NCBI RefSeq assembly: GCF_018350175.1
Contig: NC_058368.1
Span: 184,638,001 to 184,702,000, forward strand
DNA from: Felis catus
Lineage: Eukaryota
Direction: 5' to 3'
DNA: 64,000 bases
Shown: one piece after another, positions 37,504-50,824 of the stretch
Layout: each line of letters starts with the position of its first letter
Position numbering within the stretch: position 1 is the first letter of the stretch
Made by a program: the position numbers and the translations under genes
Notes under the pieces: model-generated
Seen by the model: the letters and a program-made list of their open reading frames with translations, nothing else
What the model was told of the DNA's origin: nothing
The model's database searches: none

Positions 37504-40500
37504 AAGCCCCCTTCAACTATTTGTCCATCTTTGGTTTCAAGAACCGTGCATGTCATGCTTTGGGATAGATATAGCTTACAGTGTGCCTGATGTTATGATT
37601 TTTCTAGAAACATATTTGCATCCCTGGAGGAGCTAAAGGACTTGAATAACAGATTTAGTATCCAAATGATATTAAGATACTACTGGGTCTTGGGACTTTT
37701 TCTTGATGCAGTAGATGTAATACGTATTTCAAAAGCTCTACTTTGTATCTAGAGTTCAAAGAATTTGAAGGGCCTCTCACAATCTACATCCACTTGAGCA
37801 GAACCAGCTTGTACCTGTGCCTTTCCTCCAGTAACTACACACCAGAAAGAAGGATAGGGAAAATTCTTCATGGGGTTATTTCATCCTAAGACCCAGGAGA
37901 AAAGAGAGGCTGGTATTATTGTCTCAGCTACTTTATCTTTAGAGAATCAGGAAAAAAACCAACTAAATGAGAGCATCACTCTGGCAGTATTCTATTGCCT
38001 GGCACAAAATTATTTTTAATTCACTGGCATATCTGAAAGTCACCATCAAAAGCCCTGGACCTAAAGTATGACTAATTCACTTTCTTGTATGAGGAGAAAA
38101 AAATAAATTATAAAAGAAATTTATCGTAACACTGGGCATGGTAGAGAGGCAAAGTATGGTTTCAGTTTGGTTTCAGGGTGAAACACAGTTTGGGTTGTTG
38201 AGAGGTGTACCTAATCATTGCCCAGCTTATCTCTACCTCAAAGCTCTGTTTCTTCCTGAAGGAGAAGATGAACTAGTGCTTTGCACATGGGTCTCTCATA
38301 AACTCTGAATTGTGATTATTCAGACCCAATGAAAAATTCCAAAATTAACAACCACAATAATTGGCACTCTTCCCATTTTGTACATCAGGACATGTTCCCA
38401 GGGCGATACAGGTAGTAAAGAGCAAAGTTCAAACTCAACAATTGGTTTGGTCTTAACCCTGAGCTATCAAAGGGAGATACACCAGACAGAATGAGGGACA
38501 AGGACAGAGAACAAAGTGGCTGACATCAGCAGTTTATGACATCAGAGAACATGTATAACATCTCAGAGCTCCACTGGGAAATGGAAGGGACTTAGAAAGA
38601 GGGGTTTCAATGATCTGACCAGATTTTTAAATATTTCAACCAATTATAAATGTTCAATTCAAACTAGACTCTAGAGAGTATGCTTAAAAGCCTCCACTTA
38701 TGTCTTAGAGAGGAGTAAGCATGAATTTTAACTACCAGCGCCCCCCCCCCCAAAATTATTTTAATTTGTTGGAAGGTGGTATTATTACCATTGAAAATCA
38801 ATTATACTATATATGTAATATATAGTATGTAATATATAGTAATGTATACACACACACACACACATGAATCAGGAGAATTAGACATCAAAAAATAAAGATT
38901 AAGTTTTGGGGAAGGAAAAAGAGTGTTATTATTATGAGCATCTTTTATTTTCCTTATTACATATTTCTATAATGTTAGAATCTTTGAGACTGAGCAAATA
39001 TTATTTTTATATTTTGAGGGACACAAAGAGGCTTTAATTTTTTTGATCATTGCAAAAAAAGAAAGATGGGCAAAAATGTTAACAATATAAGATTCATTTT
39101 TTAAAAAAGGAAAAGATTTTAAAAGTTTAAAAACATAAGTGAAGACATTTGAGCCAAGAAAAAAGAACTGGTGTTCTAATTACCAGTACTCTCGTCTTTC
39201 ATTTTCAGAAAAATAGATAAGGTGCAACTCAAAGGACATAAGAGAAAAGAAAGAAGTCACTTTCTTATTACTTGGAAGAAGAGGATTCAAAAAGAACAAA
39301 GATGCTCATTGACAGGTCTAACTGTAGACATGTTATTAGAAGAGGAAAAAAAGGAGAATTCAGAATCACAGGCATTTGTTTTATCTGTCACACTTCCTTC
39401 TTCACGGAGGCACAGTGAATTTGCAAGCCACCTACTAAAGAGTGGCCAAGTAAAATAGAGAGAGGAAAAGGGAACCAGGTATTCCCCCTAGGAACTCAGT
39501 CAATTAAATGCAGCCTGGAAGGGATCTAATCTAATATCAAAGAGGCTGTCAGGGGATCAGTTCCCCAGAGTTTAGGGTTAATGATGTAGAGCATGGCAGC
39601 CTGGCCAGGAGCAGAGGAAAAGAAACCTCACCAAGATCAGGTGTAACTAGAAAAGACCAAAATAAAATACAATAAGCATTTTCCAGAGTAATGGAGAACC
39701 TTGGGAAAAACCTTCTGCAGACATGTCACAATATCCTCTGCTTGTAGCAGTCTTCAAGGGGTTGGGTTCTCCAAGATTTAGCATGTTTTAATTGTATATC
39801 AAAGTTTTTGTACGTAAAATCATAATCGGTATTGACAAGTGACCTCCCTTGATATCATTCAGAAGTCCTGGGGTTTTAACCTAGTGGACCCAAAGTAAGT
39901 TCCTCTTCCACCCATGGTACACCAGAAGCATCATATTAATCCTGAAGTTTTTGTACAAAAGAGCTGTAAGATGAAGGTCACTGGTAAAACTGTACCTAGA
40001 AATCTGGGTGTGAGTTCATTACCTACAGGACAATTGTCCACTCTAATAAAAATCAGTGACTAACACAAAGGGAGACAAGGTGAACTACTAAATGCTAGGC
40101 CTTTACTAGCTGTGGTCAACAGACCCATCCTGCTAAAGGGCTGTGAATTTGTGAGAAGATTCCCCCATTATTTCACAGGTGAAGTGAGAGAGGAAGTAAG
40201 AAAGAAATATTACCCATTAAAATACACAGGCAGACAGACTACACCCCATGTTTAGTATTTAATCTTCAAAAGTTATTAAAATTCATAAGCAATTTGCCTT
40301 TTTGGTTTCATAAATTTCATTGCCAGCAATATGGCAGACCAGGGATCTTGAAAGCTCAATCCACCTGAAGGACAATTCCTTTCCCTTTCTCTCCTCCTCC
40401 TTTCTAATCACAATCCAGGAGTTATCATGAAAACTGGTATTTCTTTTAGCTGTGTACATGGGGGGAAAAAAATCCAAGATGCCCTTTAAGCCTTTGACAG

Positions 40501-41099
40501 ATGCTATGTTTTTCATCTTATCTAATTTTTTTATTTAGCTATTTTATTAAACTCTTTTGTGATTTAACTTTTTCATAATCAGTAAATGTTAAGTCAGATA
40601 ATAGAAAGGCAATATGAGAGACAGAGAAAGGACTTGGTTAACCTTTCTGGAATTACTCTCTCTGATGGAGAGCAAACAACAAACAACTCAGTGATAGAGC
40701 TGTAATAGGCCCTTTGAAGGGAAAATAAAAAATATATTGCATTCCTCAAAGCAGCCATGGAAACCTTACCATTACTTAGAGCTTAATGGGTCTGAAAATA
40801 GTAGTGAGAAAGGAATAAACTACTTTCCCCTTTTGAAAAAAAAAAAAGTGTTAACTCTTCCAGGTTATCAGTCAGAGAACCAAGAGAGCCAGTTTACTCA
40901 ATGGTGCATACATGGCTTCTGAAAATTAATGGACCTTTCAGGGGTTGCTATTTATTACCTGATGCTGAGGTCCAGGGCTAAGCATTGTTGAGTGAAAAAA
41001 AAAAGGTATGGAAACACAGACGGGCACATTGGCAAATTAAAATGATTATGAGCTTTGCTATAGCCTACCTAATTCTGAGAGTACCAAAGGTTTTTTGTG

Positions 41100-41242
41100 A
41101 ATGACATTTACTTAGCACTTAATGCCATACACCAGGTTCATCCCCTTACAAACATTAGCATATTTAATCTTCATAGCAACACTATAAAGTAAGTAATGCT
41201 ATTATCTTTGCTTTACAAAAGGAAACGGAGCCTTAGATTAGG
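41100..41242 (-). mobile_element. MIR SINE fragment
   Basis: catttacttagcacttaa...tttaatcttcatagcaacactataaagtaagta..attatc...ttacaaaaggaaacggag. Confidence 0.75.
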
Positions 41243-42300
41243 AAAGTGAAAAAAAAAAGTGGTCCAACAAATCCCCACAGAGGAAAACTTACGGGCACAA
41301 AAGGAAAAGATTACATACTAAGTATTTCTGCCTCTCAAGATGGTACAGAACAACTCAAAAATCCATCTCCACGCACAATCTCAGGAACACCGTGAAATCT
41401 AACCACAGAATTCAGAATAAACCACAAACAGCAATGGAGAATTTAACACCAAGGGAAAACCACAAACAATTAATATTAATAATTTCACATAGACATTATA
41501 AAACCATATTTATGAGATTCAGAATCACAGTCCCTCAAGATCATGACCCCAGAAGTTTTTGTAATGGCAATAAAGCGGGATCTGATTAATGTGAAACTAA
41601 GCTGTCATATTCACACCCTTTTATTTGACAATTCATCATGTAAATGCAACTGAACTAAAACAGAAATTTGTCAATGTTCATGGTGTTTGGCTTGGGACTT
41701 CCCTACAGACCTAACATTCATAAGACCTATTTGAAGTCTCTAACCACTGTTAAGCTCCCAAGTCTTTAGCCCAAGTAAAACTCAAAATAAAAAGGGTAGG
41801 ATAGTCATTAGAGTTGATTCATTTGATTCTCACATTTGCCATCAAAGATTCTTTGAACCCACCATGGTTTATCTTTACCCAGGCTACACCAGTACTTGCA
41901 CAGGAGAGATGAAGTTACTTTTCAGCAAGTGACTTTAAAATAACAGGTAGAAATATAAATACACACACATATGCATACATGTCTACTCACTTGTGTGTTT
42001 TATATATACATAGTGCTAAAGAATGACAAACTTCTGAATGATAATAATTTTGTCTATTTACATAAGTGATAAGACACACTCCAGAGGTTATCTACTTCAA
42101 GTGCCCTCAGCAGCAAACAATGTGATCCTCAACTTACTTCTCCGTATTGTAACCATCAAGACAAATGAAGAGACTGCCATGAGAGCACTGCCTGCAAAAC
42201 TTGACTTGTTTTGGAATGCTGTAAAAGGACATTACCAATTTTTTTTTTTTAATCAAAGCCATGTACAAGGTGATAGATTGATTCAAATTTTAAAATGCTA

Positions 42301-42550
42301 GGGGTGCCTGGGTGGCTCAGTCGGTTGAACATCTGACTCTTGATTTTGGCTCAGGTCATTTTCCCAGGGTTATGAGATCAAGCCCTGTATTAGGCTCCTT
42401 GTTGAACACGGAGCCTGCTGAAGACTCTCTCTCTCTCTCTCTTTCTCTCTCTGTTTCTTCTGCCCCTCACCCCCACTCACAAACTCTCTCTAAAATAAAA
42501 AAATAAAAATAATAAAATAAAATTGAATAAAAATAATAAATAAAAAATAA
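42301..42550 (+). mobile_element. Older CanSINE
   Basis: ggggtgcctgggtggctcagtcggttgaa head; TSD-like attttaaaatgcta / atttcaaaatgtta. Confidence 0.93.
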
Positions 42551-42715
42551 ATTTCAAAATGTTAAAGAAAAAACAATATCAAAATATAAATGGCTTAAGT
42601 ATATGACAAATAAAAGCATTACTTCACATAGGATATAATAATAGAAAAATCACTGCTTCCTCCCCAACCAGAAAAAAAAAAAAAGCCACCAATCTATTTA
42701 AGAAAAACAGAACAA

Positions 42716-42932
42716 GGGACGCCTGGGTGGCTCAGTCAGTTGAATGGCCAACTCAGTTTCGGCTCAGGTCATGCCTTGCAGTTCATGGGTTCCTGCCCCA
42801 TATCGGGTTCTGAGCTGGCAGCATGGAGCCTGCTTGGGATTCTCGCTCTCCTTCTCTCTTTGTCACTCCTTGACTTTTGCACGCTCTCGCTCTCTCTCTC
42901 TCTCTCTCTCAAAATAAATAAAATAAAACTTT
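42716..42932 (+). mobile_element. CanSINE
   Basis: gggacgcctgggtggctcag head, (CT)n, A tail. Confidence 0.93.
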
Positions 42933-43161
42933 AAAGAAAATAGATCAAGAAATTTGTAAGGAAATATGTGATATCTATTATTTATGGCTGATATCTGCCA
43001 AGAACACCAAGATCCCACCATTCCTTGAGCTTTACTGGCAATACCACCCTAGCCTGGGAGGATTACAGTCTGACCAACTGCAGCAATACTCATCTTTGTG
43101 CCCTCTCATCTATCTGTATGCATTTTCCTGATACGTGATAACTGACTAAAAAATCAAATCA

Positions 43162-43410
43162 GGGGCACCTGGGTGGCTCAATCGTTGAAGCATCTGACTT
43201 CAGTTCAGATCATGATCTCATGGTTCATGAGTTCAAACCCCACGATGGGCTCCGGGCTGACAACTCAGAAATTGGAGCCTGCTTCAGATTCTATGTCTCC
43301 CTCTCACTCAGCCCCTCCCCGACTTGCTCTCTCTCGCTCTCTCTCGCTCTCTCTCGCTCTCTCAAAAATAAATAAACACTAAAAAAAAATTTTTAATAAA
43401 TGAAAAAAAA
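43162..43410 (+). mobile_element. CanSINE
   Basis: ggggcacctgggtggctcaatcg head, (CTCTCTCG)n, A tail, TSD caaatca. Confidence 0.93.
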
Positions 43411-43462
43411 GCAAATCAAACCCAATTATAATAGTAAACACACAGATAAAAAATCTAGTCCA

Positions 43463-43700
43463 GGGGCACCTGGGTGGCGCAGTCGGTTAAGCGTCCGACT
43501 TCAGCCAGGTCACGATCTCGCGGTCCGGGAGTTCGAGCCCCGCGTCAGGCTCTGGGCTGATGGCTCGGAGCCTGGAGCCTGTTTCCGATTCTGTGTCTCC
43601 CTCTCTCTCTGCCCCTCCCCCGTTCATGCTCTGTCTCTCTCTGTCGCAAAAATAAATAGATGTTGAAAATAAATAGATGTTGAAAAAAAAAATTAAAAAA
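43463..43700 (+). mobile_element. Young SINEC_Fc-type CanSINE
   Basis: CpG-rich near-consensus body; perfect 15-bp TSD aaaaaatctagtcca (43448-43462, 43701-43715). Confidence 0.97.
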
Positions 43701-43732
43701 AAAAAATCTAGTCCATAATAGAAAAATGAAGA

Positions 43733-44390
43733 AAATGAAAGCACTAACTCAGAAAGACACATATATTCACCCTCATGTTCACTACACAATTTACAGTAGC
43801 CAAAATACGGAAACAACCTAAATGTCCACTGACAGGTGAATGGATAAAAAAATGCAGTATGTATGAGTATGTGTGCATGTGTGCTCACAGTGGAATATTA
43901 CACAGTCATTAAAAAGAAAGAAAGTTTGCCATTTGTGACACATGGATGGACAAAATGGGGCATTATGCTAAGTAAAATAAGTCAGAGAAAGACAAATACT
44001 TTATGATCTCAATTATATGTGGAATCTTAAAAACAAAAACCAAGCTCATAGAAACAGAACAGATTGGTGATTTCTACAAGCAGGGAGTTGGGGTGAGAAA
44101 AATGGGTGATGGAAGTCAAAAGATAGAAAACTCCAGTTATAAAATAAATAAGTCATGGGAATATAAGGTGCAGCATGACAACTATAGCTAATAACACTGT
44201 CCTGAATATGTGAAAGCTGTAACACAGTTAAACGTTCTCCTTATAAGAAAAACATTCTGTAACTATGTAGGTTGAGAGATGTAACTAGACATATTGTGGT
44301 TATCACTTCACAATGTAGTTAAATACTGAATCAGTGTGCTGTATACCTGAAACCAATATAATATTGTAGGTTAATTTTCCCTTGATAAAC
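43733..44390 (+). mobile_element. L1MA9-like 3' end
   Basis: ggaaacaacctaaatgtccactgacaggtgaatggataaa...cattatgctaagtaaaataagtcagagaaagacaaatac...gtatacctgaaaccaatataatattgt. Confidence 0.85.
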
Positions 44391-44990
44391 CCATAGAAAA
44401 TGATTTTAGACCATTTACTTAATGTCAGGAATAAAAATTACTGTTTTATTAACTATACTAGTGTGTTTTGAAGTCACTGAGCCTGGATCCAAATTCTGCC
44501 TCCTTTCCTCTACCTTCCCCTTAGCACCAATATCTGCTAAATACTCTACTGGATACTGGACATATTGCCATAAATTGGCCTATTAAGACAAATAATAGTT
44601 CAGCCATATGACTAGCCTAGTAGCTTTGAGTCTCAGTTTCACTGGTGAGAGGGAATAACACCACATATCATGGGGTTTTTGTAAGACTGAAATGAGATGC
44701 TTGATATAATGCCTGGTATATGCTCAACAAATGCTAGCTCTCTTTAATTTCCCTACCAGAATTAGGAGAGGGATAGCTACATTTCCTCTTCCAAATGCAT
44801 GAGAATACTTCTCTTAGATCCTTTGGTAGGTTAAGAAGAAACAAAAATTGAGAAAAGTTAAATCATTTACCGGGATCAGTCAGTAAATAACGACATCAAT
44901 GAATAAGGAACCCACCTTTTTCCAATTCTCACCCCCACCAATACCTACCAATTTCTCATTAGATTATATTTCAGACTATAGTATATGCCT

Positions 44991-45050
44991 TATGAGCTCA
45001 GATTATTATGAATGAGCTCAGAATAATGGATGAGCTCAGAATAATATGAA
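44991..45050. repeat. Three tandem copies of atgagctcagaataat-like unit
   Basis: Read directly. Confidence 0.8.
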
Positions 45051-45476
45051 AAGTATTTATTTATAAAGGGTTGATGCACAGAGATGTAGATATATAGAAG
45101 GAAAAGAGTAGTAAACTGGATCTAAAAGGAGTGGGGCTATTACCACCCATAGGTCAAAGAATGAGTGGGAGCAGTTGCCAAAACCTGGAAGAAAAGAGGG
45201 TGATGTAGCAGAATCCTCCTTGAACAACCTGTATTTGAGGGACATACCTAGCTAAAGGTGACCTTGCAAAAAGGAAATACAAAGAGCCACTCCTCAGGCT
45301 TCACTCTTATCCATCTCTCCAGTTTCCTCTAGGGAGGCTACATTAGCCTGATCCAGCTGGAAGCCAGAGGCCAAGGGATCACCACTGATGTAATCTATAC
45401 AGATTAGTCTCCTAGACACAGAGGAGAGAAACTTCAAGAGTGGGTTTAAATGAACAGATGCAAGATGTCCAGCACA
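45050..45476 (-). mobile_element. LTR33-like ERVL solo LTR
   Basis: Minus strand begins tgtgctggacatcttgcatctg...ctctgtgtctaggagactaatctgtatagattacatca...cccttggcctctggcttccagctgg. Confidence 0.7.
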
Positions 45477-46029
45477 AGTTCCAAAGGTGCTAATTCCAAT
45501 GTTCACCAAGGTCATTTATAACTCTGAACACAAATTTTTAGTGGTGACTAGGTTTTGCAACTAAGCCACAAGTCTACTAAATTCAAACATACCTCAAGAA
45601 TAAAACTCTAGTAGTAAACCTCTCCTCCAAAGTTGGGATAAATGGTTGATAAATAAATCACAAAAAGTCAGATAAAGAATTATTACATTAACTTACAAAC
45701 ATATATTAATTGTGAATCTTTGGTAAAGGGCCAAGGTCTTTGCTTTAATGTGAGTTTATAAACAACTGAAATTGCACATGCACATGGTCTTTCTTCCATA
45801 AATGGCTTCCATTGCACATCACCTTAGTTTCCCTACATTTGTTTCTTGAAAGCTGTACAAGGATTTGAAAACACTTGTGTAGCATTGCTGGCATAGAACC
45901 CTTCTAGATTTTTAATAAGTTTTCCAAATATTTTGTAATCACCCTTCGTACCCATTTCAATAGCCATCTACATCTACTCTCTTCTTTGAGACTTTACAAA
46001 ATATCCAAAGTAGTTTTTAACTTTTCAGT

Positions 46030-46250
46030 ATAATTTCATTAATTTGTGTAATATTTAACATTTAATAATTTAATATTAATATTAATAAATCTTAATATTA
46101 ATATCATTTAATTATTTAATTGTTAATTATTTGATATTATTTAATGTTACTAAATTTAATATTTAATAATTTACATGTTTAAGTATTGATTAAATATTAC
46201 AAAAATTAATGGAATTTATAATTACAATAACGAATAATAATTACAATAAA
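46030..46250. repeat. AT-rich low-complexity tract
   Basis: Almost pure A/T with (TAATAT/TTAA)n character. Confidence 0.8.
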
Positions 46251-46729
46251 ATGAAAAAGTCAAACAGATGTAGAAATAAAAACAACTGTTATTGTACAAA
46301 ACTCAAATGGTGGGAGTATGTAGGTATGAGCATGATAAAAATTGCCGGCTTCGTGAAAGCCTTCAGGAAGCAAAAGAAACTTTCAGTGCATTTTACAAGA
46401 AGAATGGAGTCAGATTAATCCGGCAAGTCAGTTAACAGAATCCACTTAAGAATCAGTCTACTATAATAAATAGCACTAGTTTACCCAAATCTACCATTTG
46501 CATCACTGCCTCTTAGAGTCAATGTGCTTCCCTTAGCTCTATAAATATGAATTTACTGGATAAATGGACAAATAGATGGATAGAAGAGTGTATGGAGAAA
46601 AGGAAGGAAAGAAGGGAGGTGGGCATTTGGAGACTCAAACCACCTTGAAAGACATGTCCTCTGTGTCAAGAAAACAGGACAGGGGGAACAGTACGGATGA
46701 TTCTTAAACCACTATGCATGTATACCAGA

Positions 46730-48012
46730 ACTGAAAAATTCAGTAAAGAGCTCACAGGGTAGAAGCCAGGTTTGTCAGTGTAGGAACGGGAAGTTACAAA
46801 CAAGAAGAGACCAGAATGATCATGTGGTAATGGGTTAGAGTTGTAGACATCAGTATTCTCTTATGTTTATCTTGATATAAATATACCTAGGTACATACAG
46901 AAGTATTTACAGGTATGTGTATATGCATGGCTAGCATACACACATATTATTTTCTTACTCTGTCAGCTAAGAAAGCCTAGAAGCAAACATGTCCCTGTAG
47001 CAATGAGCAAATCTAAGGCTCAGATCTTTGTTCCTAATACCATTCTTCAACACAAGAAACAAAAAGGATCCTTGGAGAAATGATTGATTCTAGAGCTGGA
47101 GCAGGGAATATACAAGATGAGCCTGGAGAATCTTATAGTAGATAAGTGCTAAAAGCAAACAAAGGCAAAAACAAAAGAACACAATAATAAGGGCATGTCA
47201 AAGGACAGAAGCCAACTGAAAGAGCTCCCAGAGGTCAAAGCTGGAATAGTTTGAGCAACAAAATAAGTACAGTCGAACGAACTGGGGGAAAAGAGACAAA
47301 TCTTCCATGCAAAAGAATTCTAAATACTTTATGTATATATCCTACCTTCAAGAAGGTAAAGAATAACTCCCATTTCTTAAGTTTAGGTCACTTTCAATGA
47401 CTTCTTTCCAAAGAGGACAGTATGTAAAGGGGGGAAAAGAGTAATCATACAATGGAGAACCCTGACAAACACCATTTCAGCCAGAAGATAAAAGGTACTA
47501 TCAGCAGCAGGATGTCATGTTCAAAGTATGTGCCCTTGACATAATGTGACGAGAATGGCACTTTACTTCTGTACTCTTCCTCCCCAAAATTCATAACCCT
47601 GGTATAGTCAGGAGAAAAACACCAGACAAATTCCATTTGAGGGACAATCTAAAAGCACCTGATCACTATGCCTCAAAACTGTCAAGGTCATGAAAACAAA
47701 AAAAGTCTGAGAAACTGTCACAACCAGAAGGAACTAAAGAGACCTGATGACTAAATGCAATATGGTATCCTTGATGGGATATTGGAACAGGGGGAAAAAA
47801 GAATTAAGTAAAAACTAAGAAAATCTGAATAAAGTATGGATTTAATTAATAATAGTGTTTCAATATTGGTTTATTAATTGTGGCAAATTCACCATACCAA
47901 TCTAATATGTTAATAATAGGGGAAGGTGGGGATGACGTAGAACTCTCTGTACAATCCTTGCAACGTTCTATAAATCTAAAACTATCCTAAAATTTAAAAG
48001 TTTATTTTTAAA
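46730..48012 (+). mobile_element. L1MD-like 3' UTR
   Basis: gtagcaatgagca...ctcagatcttt; gacttctttccaaagaggacagtatg; ctcaaaactgtcaaggtcatgaaaacaa...gtctgagaaactgtcacaacc; taaatctaaaactatcctaaaa. Confidence 0.85.
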
Positions 48013-48024
48013 AACCTAGTAGGG

Positions 48025-48258
48025 GGGGTGCCTGGGTGGCTCAGTCGGTTAAGCGGCCGGCTTCGGCTCAGGTCATGATCTCACAGTCCGTGAGTTCAAG
48101 CCCCACGTCAGGCTCTGTGCTGATGGCTCAGAGCCTGGAGCCTGTTTCGGATTCTGTGTCTCCCTCTCTCTGACCCTCCCCTGTTCATGCTCTGTCTCTC
48201 CCTGTCTCAAAAATAAATAAAAAAAATGTTAAAAAAAAAAATTAAAAAAAAAAAAAAA
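48025..48258 (+). mobile_element. Young felid CanSINE
   Basis: Perfect TSD aaaaacctagtaggg and long A tail. Confidence 0.97.
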
Positions 48259-49102
48259 AAAAACCTAGTAGGGATTTTTTTTTCGCAACCATGAACCTAT
48301 AACCTCTATGTTCGTCCAAAGCAAGGAAAAATAAACCTTATCTTGCTTACTTCCCCAAGGTCATCTCAAACAACTCTTTCTCCTTTCTAGCCATGTTGTA
48401 CCTCTTTTCAATCTTCAAGGATGATATTTCCTAAAATTCTAGACATGCTGTTCTGCCAGAAAAACTCTTCCCAATTTTACTTATCTAGTACTTTCTTTTC
48501 TGTCGGAAGCAATCCACAAGACCTATATTAAACACAAAAGCTATCCGGAAAGAGCAGAAAGGCATACATAATCTTTCTTTGAATTTGGTAGGAACCAGCA
48601 GAAAAATAGCCTCCATTCATAATGCAAATAGGCAGTAGGAAATTTTCTCAACAAGAGATTAAGAGGCCCTGATGTTATGAAATGTTAATTTCCTATTCCC
48701 TCTTCAGTTTCACATTTGATGCCAACCATTTCCACCCTACATAGAACCCAAAAGATGCCCAGCAACCTTGATCCAGTTTGCAACTAAGAAGCAATGGAAA
48801 TAATGAATAATTAAGAGGCTAGGGACCATTTGAGGTGGAAGCTTCCAGTTTACCGAAACTATGAAACTGATCTTAACAACTACCTGTAAGGATTGTTACT
48901 GGTAGCAGGCCTTACAGATCTGTAAGCCTTTTTTTTGTTTAAGTGCCAGGAAGTGGATACCCATACTTTTGTTTTCCACAAAACAAAAGTCCTTAGAGGA
49001 AATATAATTCAAACTTGTCTAAAGAGATAAAAATAGGAAAAAAAAATACTAAAATTGTACCTAACCACTTGGCAAACAAGGACTTATTTAAAAAGACAGG
49101 GA

Positions 49103-49327
49103 GGGGTGCCTGGGTGGCGCAGTCGGTTAAGCGTCCGACTTCAGCCAGGTCACGATCTCGCGGTCCGTGAGTTCCAGCCCCGCGTCAGGCTCTGGGCTGA
49201 TGGCTCAGAGCCTGGAGCCTGTTTCCGGTTCTGTGTCTCCCTCTCTCTCTGCCCCTCCCCCGTTCATACTCTGTCTCTCTCTGTCCCAAAAAAAAAATAA
49301 ATAAACGTTGAAAAAAAAAATTTTTTT
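49103..49327 (+). mobile_element. Young SINEC_Fc-type CanSINE
   Basis: gtggcgcagtcggttaagcgtccgacttcagccaggtcacg; perfect TSD aaaagacaggga. Confidence 0.97.
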
Positions 49328-50601
49328 AAAAGACAGGGAAAGTAGTAGAGACAGATGGGCATAATTTTACATAACTCTTCTCCCTTTTAGGACCTAAAAT
49401 AGGTTGAGAGTCAAATTGAAAATTTTGTCCATTCCCTTTTCTTCTTTATAGTACTCATTACACTTGAAATTATTAAGATCTGTTTCATTCCATTTTGTTA
49501 ACTAAATCCCCACAATCTACTTTGGTGTTGTCACACAGTAAATGCTCAGTTAACAGACCTCTTGAGTGATAAAATATTTATGCCTCTTATCTAGTTTCTG
49601 GACTGTTTTAATGCACCTAGATGCATATTTTTTAACTGTAGTTCTTTGACTTAATAAAGTACTTAAATCAATTTTCCTTCAGGGGCTCAGCTATTTTATT
49701 AATGAAATTTAAAAATGGTTTTAATTATAATTTCTCAGTCTACATTATACCAATGACACAAGGGTTTAATCAGAAATTTATTTATAATTAATTTGTCTTT
49801 TTTCAAAAAGGCATAGAAAATGTCTGTCACTCACCTTTGAAAGACCTGGCTAAATGGCTCCTTAAACCTTCTGGTTAATCTAGCCACAGGGAATATTAAA
49901 TATTTAGGAATGAAGTGGCATCTAGTTTGTCAGAACAGTTCTATTTAAATTATACTCCCTTGTAACCAACTGTAACTGATGATTTAATTAGGTGGACGGT
50001 GTGAGTTACAATGATCACTAATAGACTGTGTTAATGTCATCAAAATTCCTATTCTCCAGAGTTGAAGTAACAGAAAGAAAAAAAATAATAAAAAGTAAAA
50101 ACCTACCTAGAAAGGAAGATAGCCTATATCTCACAAAATTCACTCTGTTTTTTTTTTTCCATCCAGTAATTAGCCTTGTTTTGTTTGGTATATTCACACT
50201 AATTACAGCAACAGCTTTATTTTGCTTTGTATAAAAGACTGCTTTACTCGATAACATTTGCAGAAAAAGTATGCATTGTGTAGCTGTTACAAAGTATCCA
50301 AAAATGATGCTTTTGTGTTCTTTTTCAAGGTATTCATTCATAAGAGCTGTTACTATTATTATTAAACTTGTGTCGAATAAATAAAAACTATCAGAAAACT
50401 AATATGCAAATAAAACTAAGTCTTTAGAGACTATATATTGCAATGTCTTTTAAAGCATTTATTTTGGAGCCCATATGTGGACTCCAAAGAAACATTTCCC
50501 ATCTTATAAATGAAAACAGACATGGAAAAATATCTGAGAAGAATATCATTTAGGACCTTGGATTTACTTCAGAGGCTAACACCATCAAGAAAAATTCCTT
50601 A

Positions 50602-50824
50602 GGGGCACCTGCGTGGCTCAGTCGGTTAAGCGTCCAACTTCAGCTCAGGTCATGATCTTGCGGTTTGTGAGTTCGAGACCTGCATCAGGCTCTGTGCTGA
50701 CAGCTCAGAACCTGGAACCTCCGTCAGATTCTGTGCCTTCCCCTCCCTGCCCCTCCCCCACTCGCTCACAGACATGCTCTCTCTCTCTCTCTCTCAAAAA
50801 AAAGTATTTAAAAAAAGAAAAAAA
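50602..50824 (+). mobile_element. CanSINE
   Basis: ggggcacctgcgtggctcagtcggttaagcg head; TSD-like aaaattcctta / aaaatcctta. Confidence 0.95.

Noticed and set aside
44991..45050. Short direct repeats as a CRISPR-like array
   Set aside because: There are three adjacent copies without unique spacers in mammalian DNA, consistent with simple slippage duplication.
48911..48926. Perfect 16-bp palindrome cttacagatctgtaag
   Set aside because: About one such palindrome is expected by chance in 64 kb (64000/4^8).
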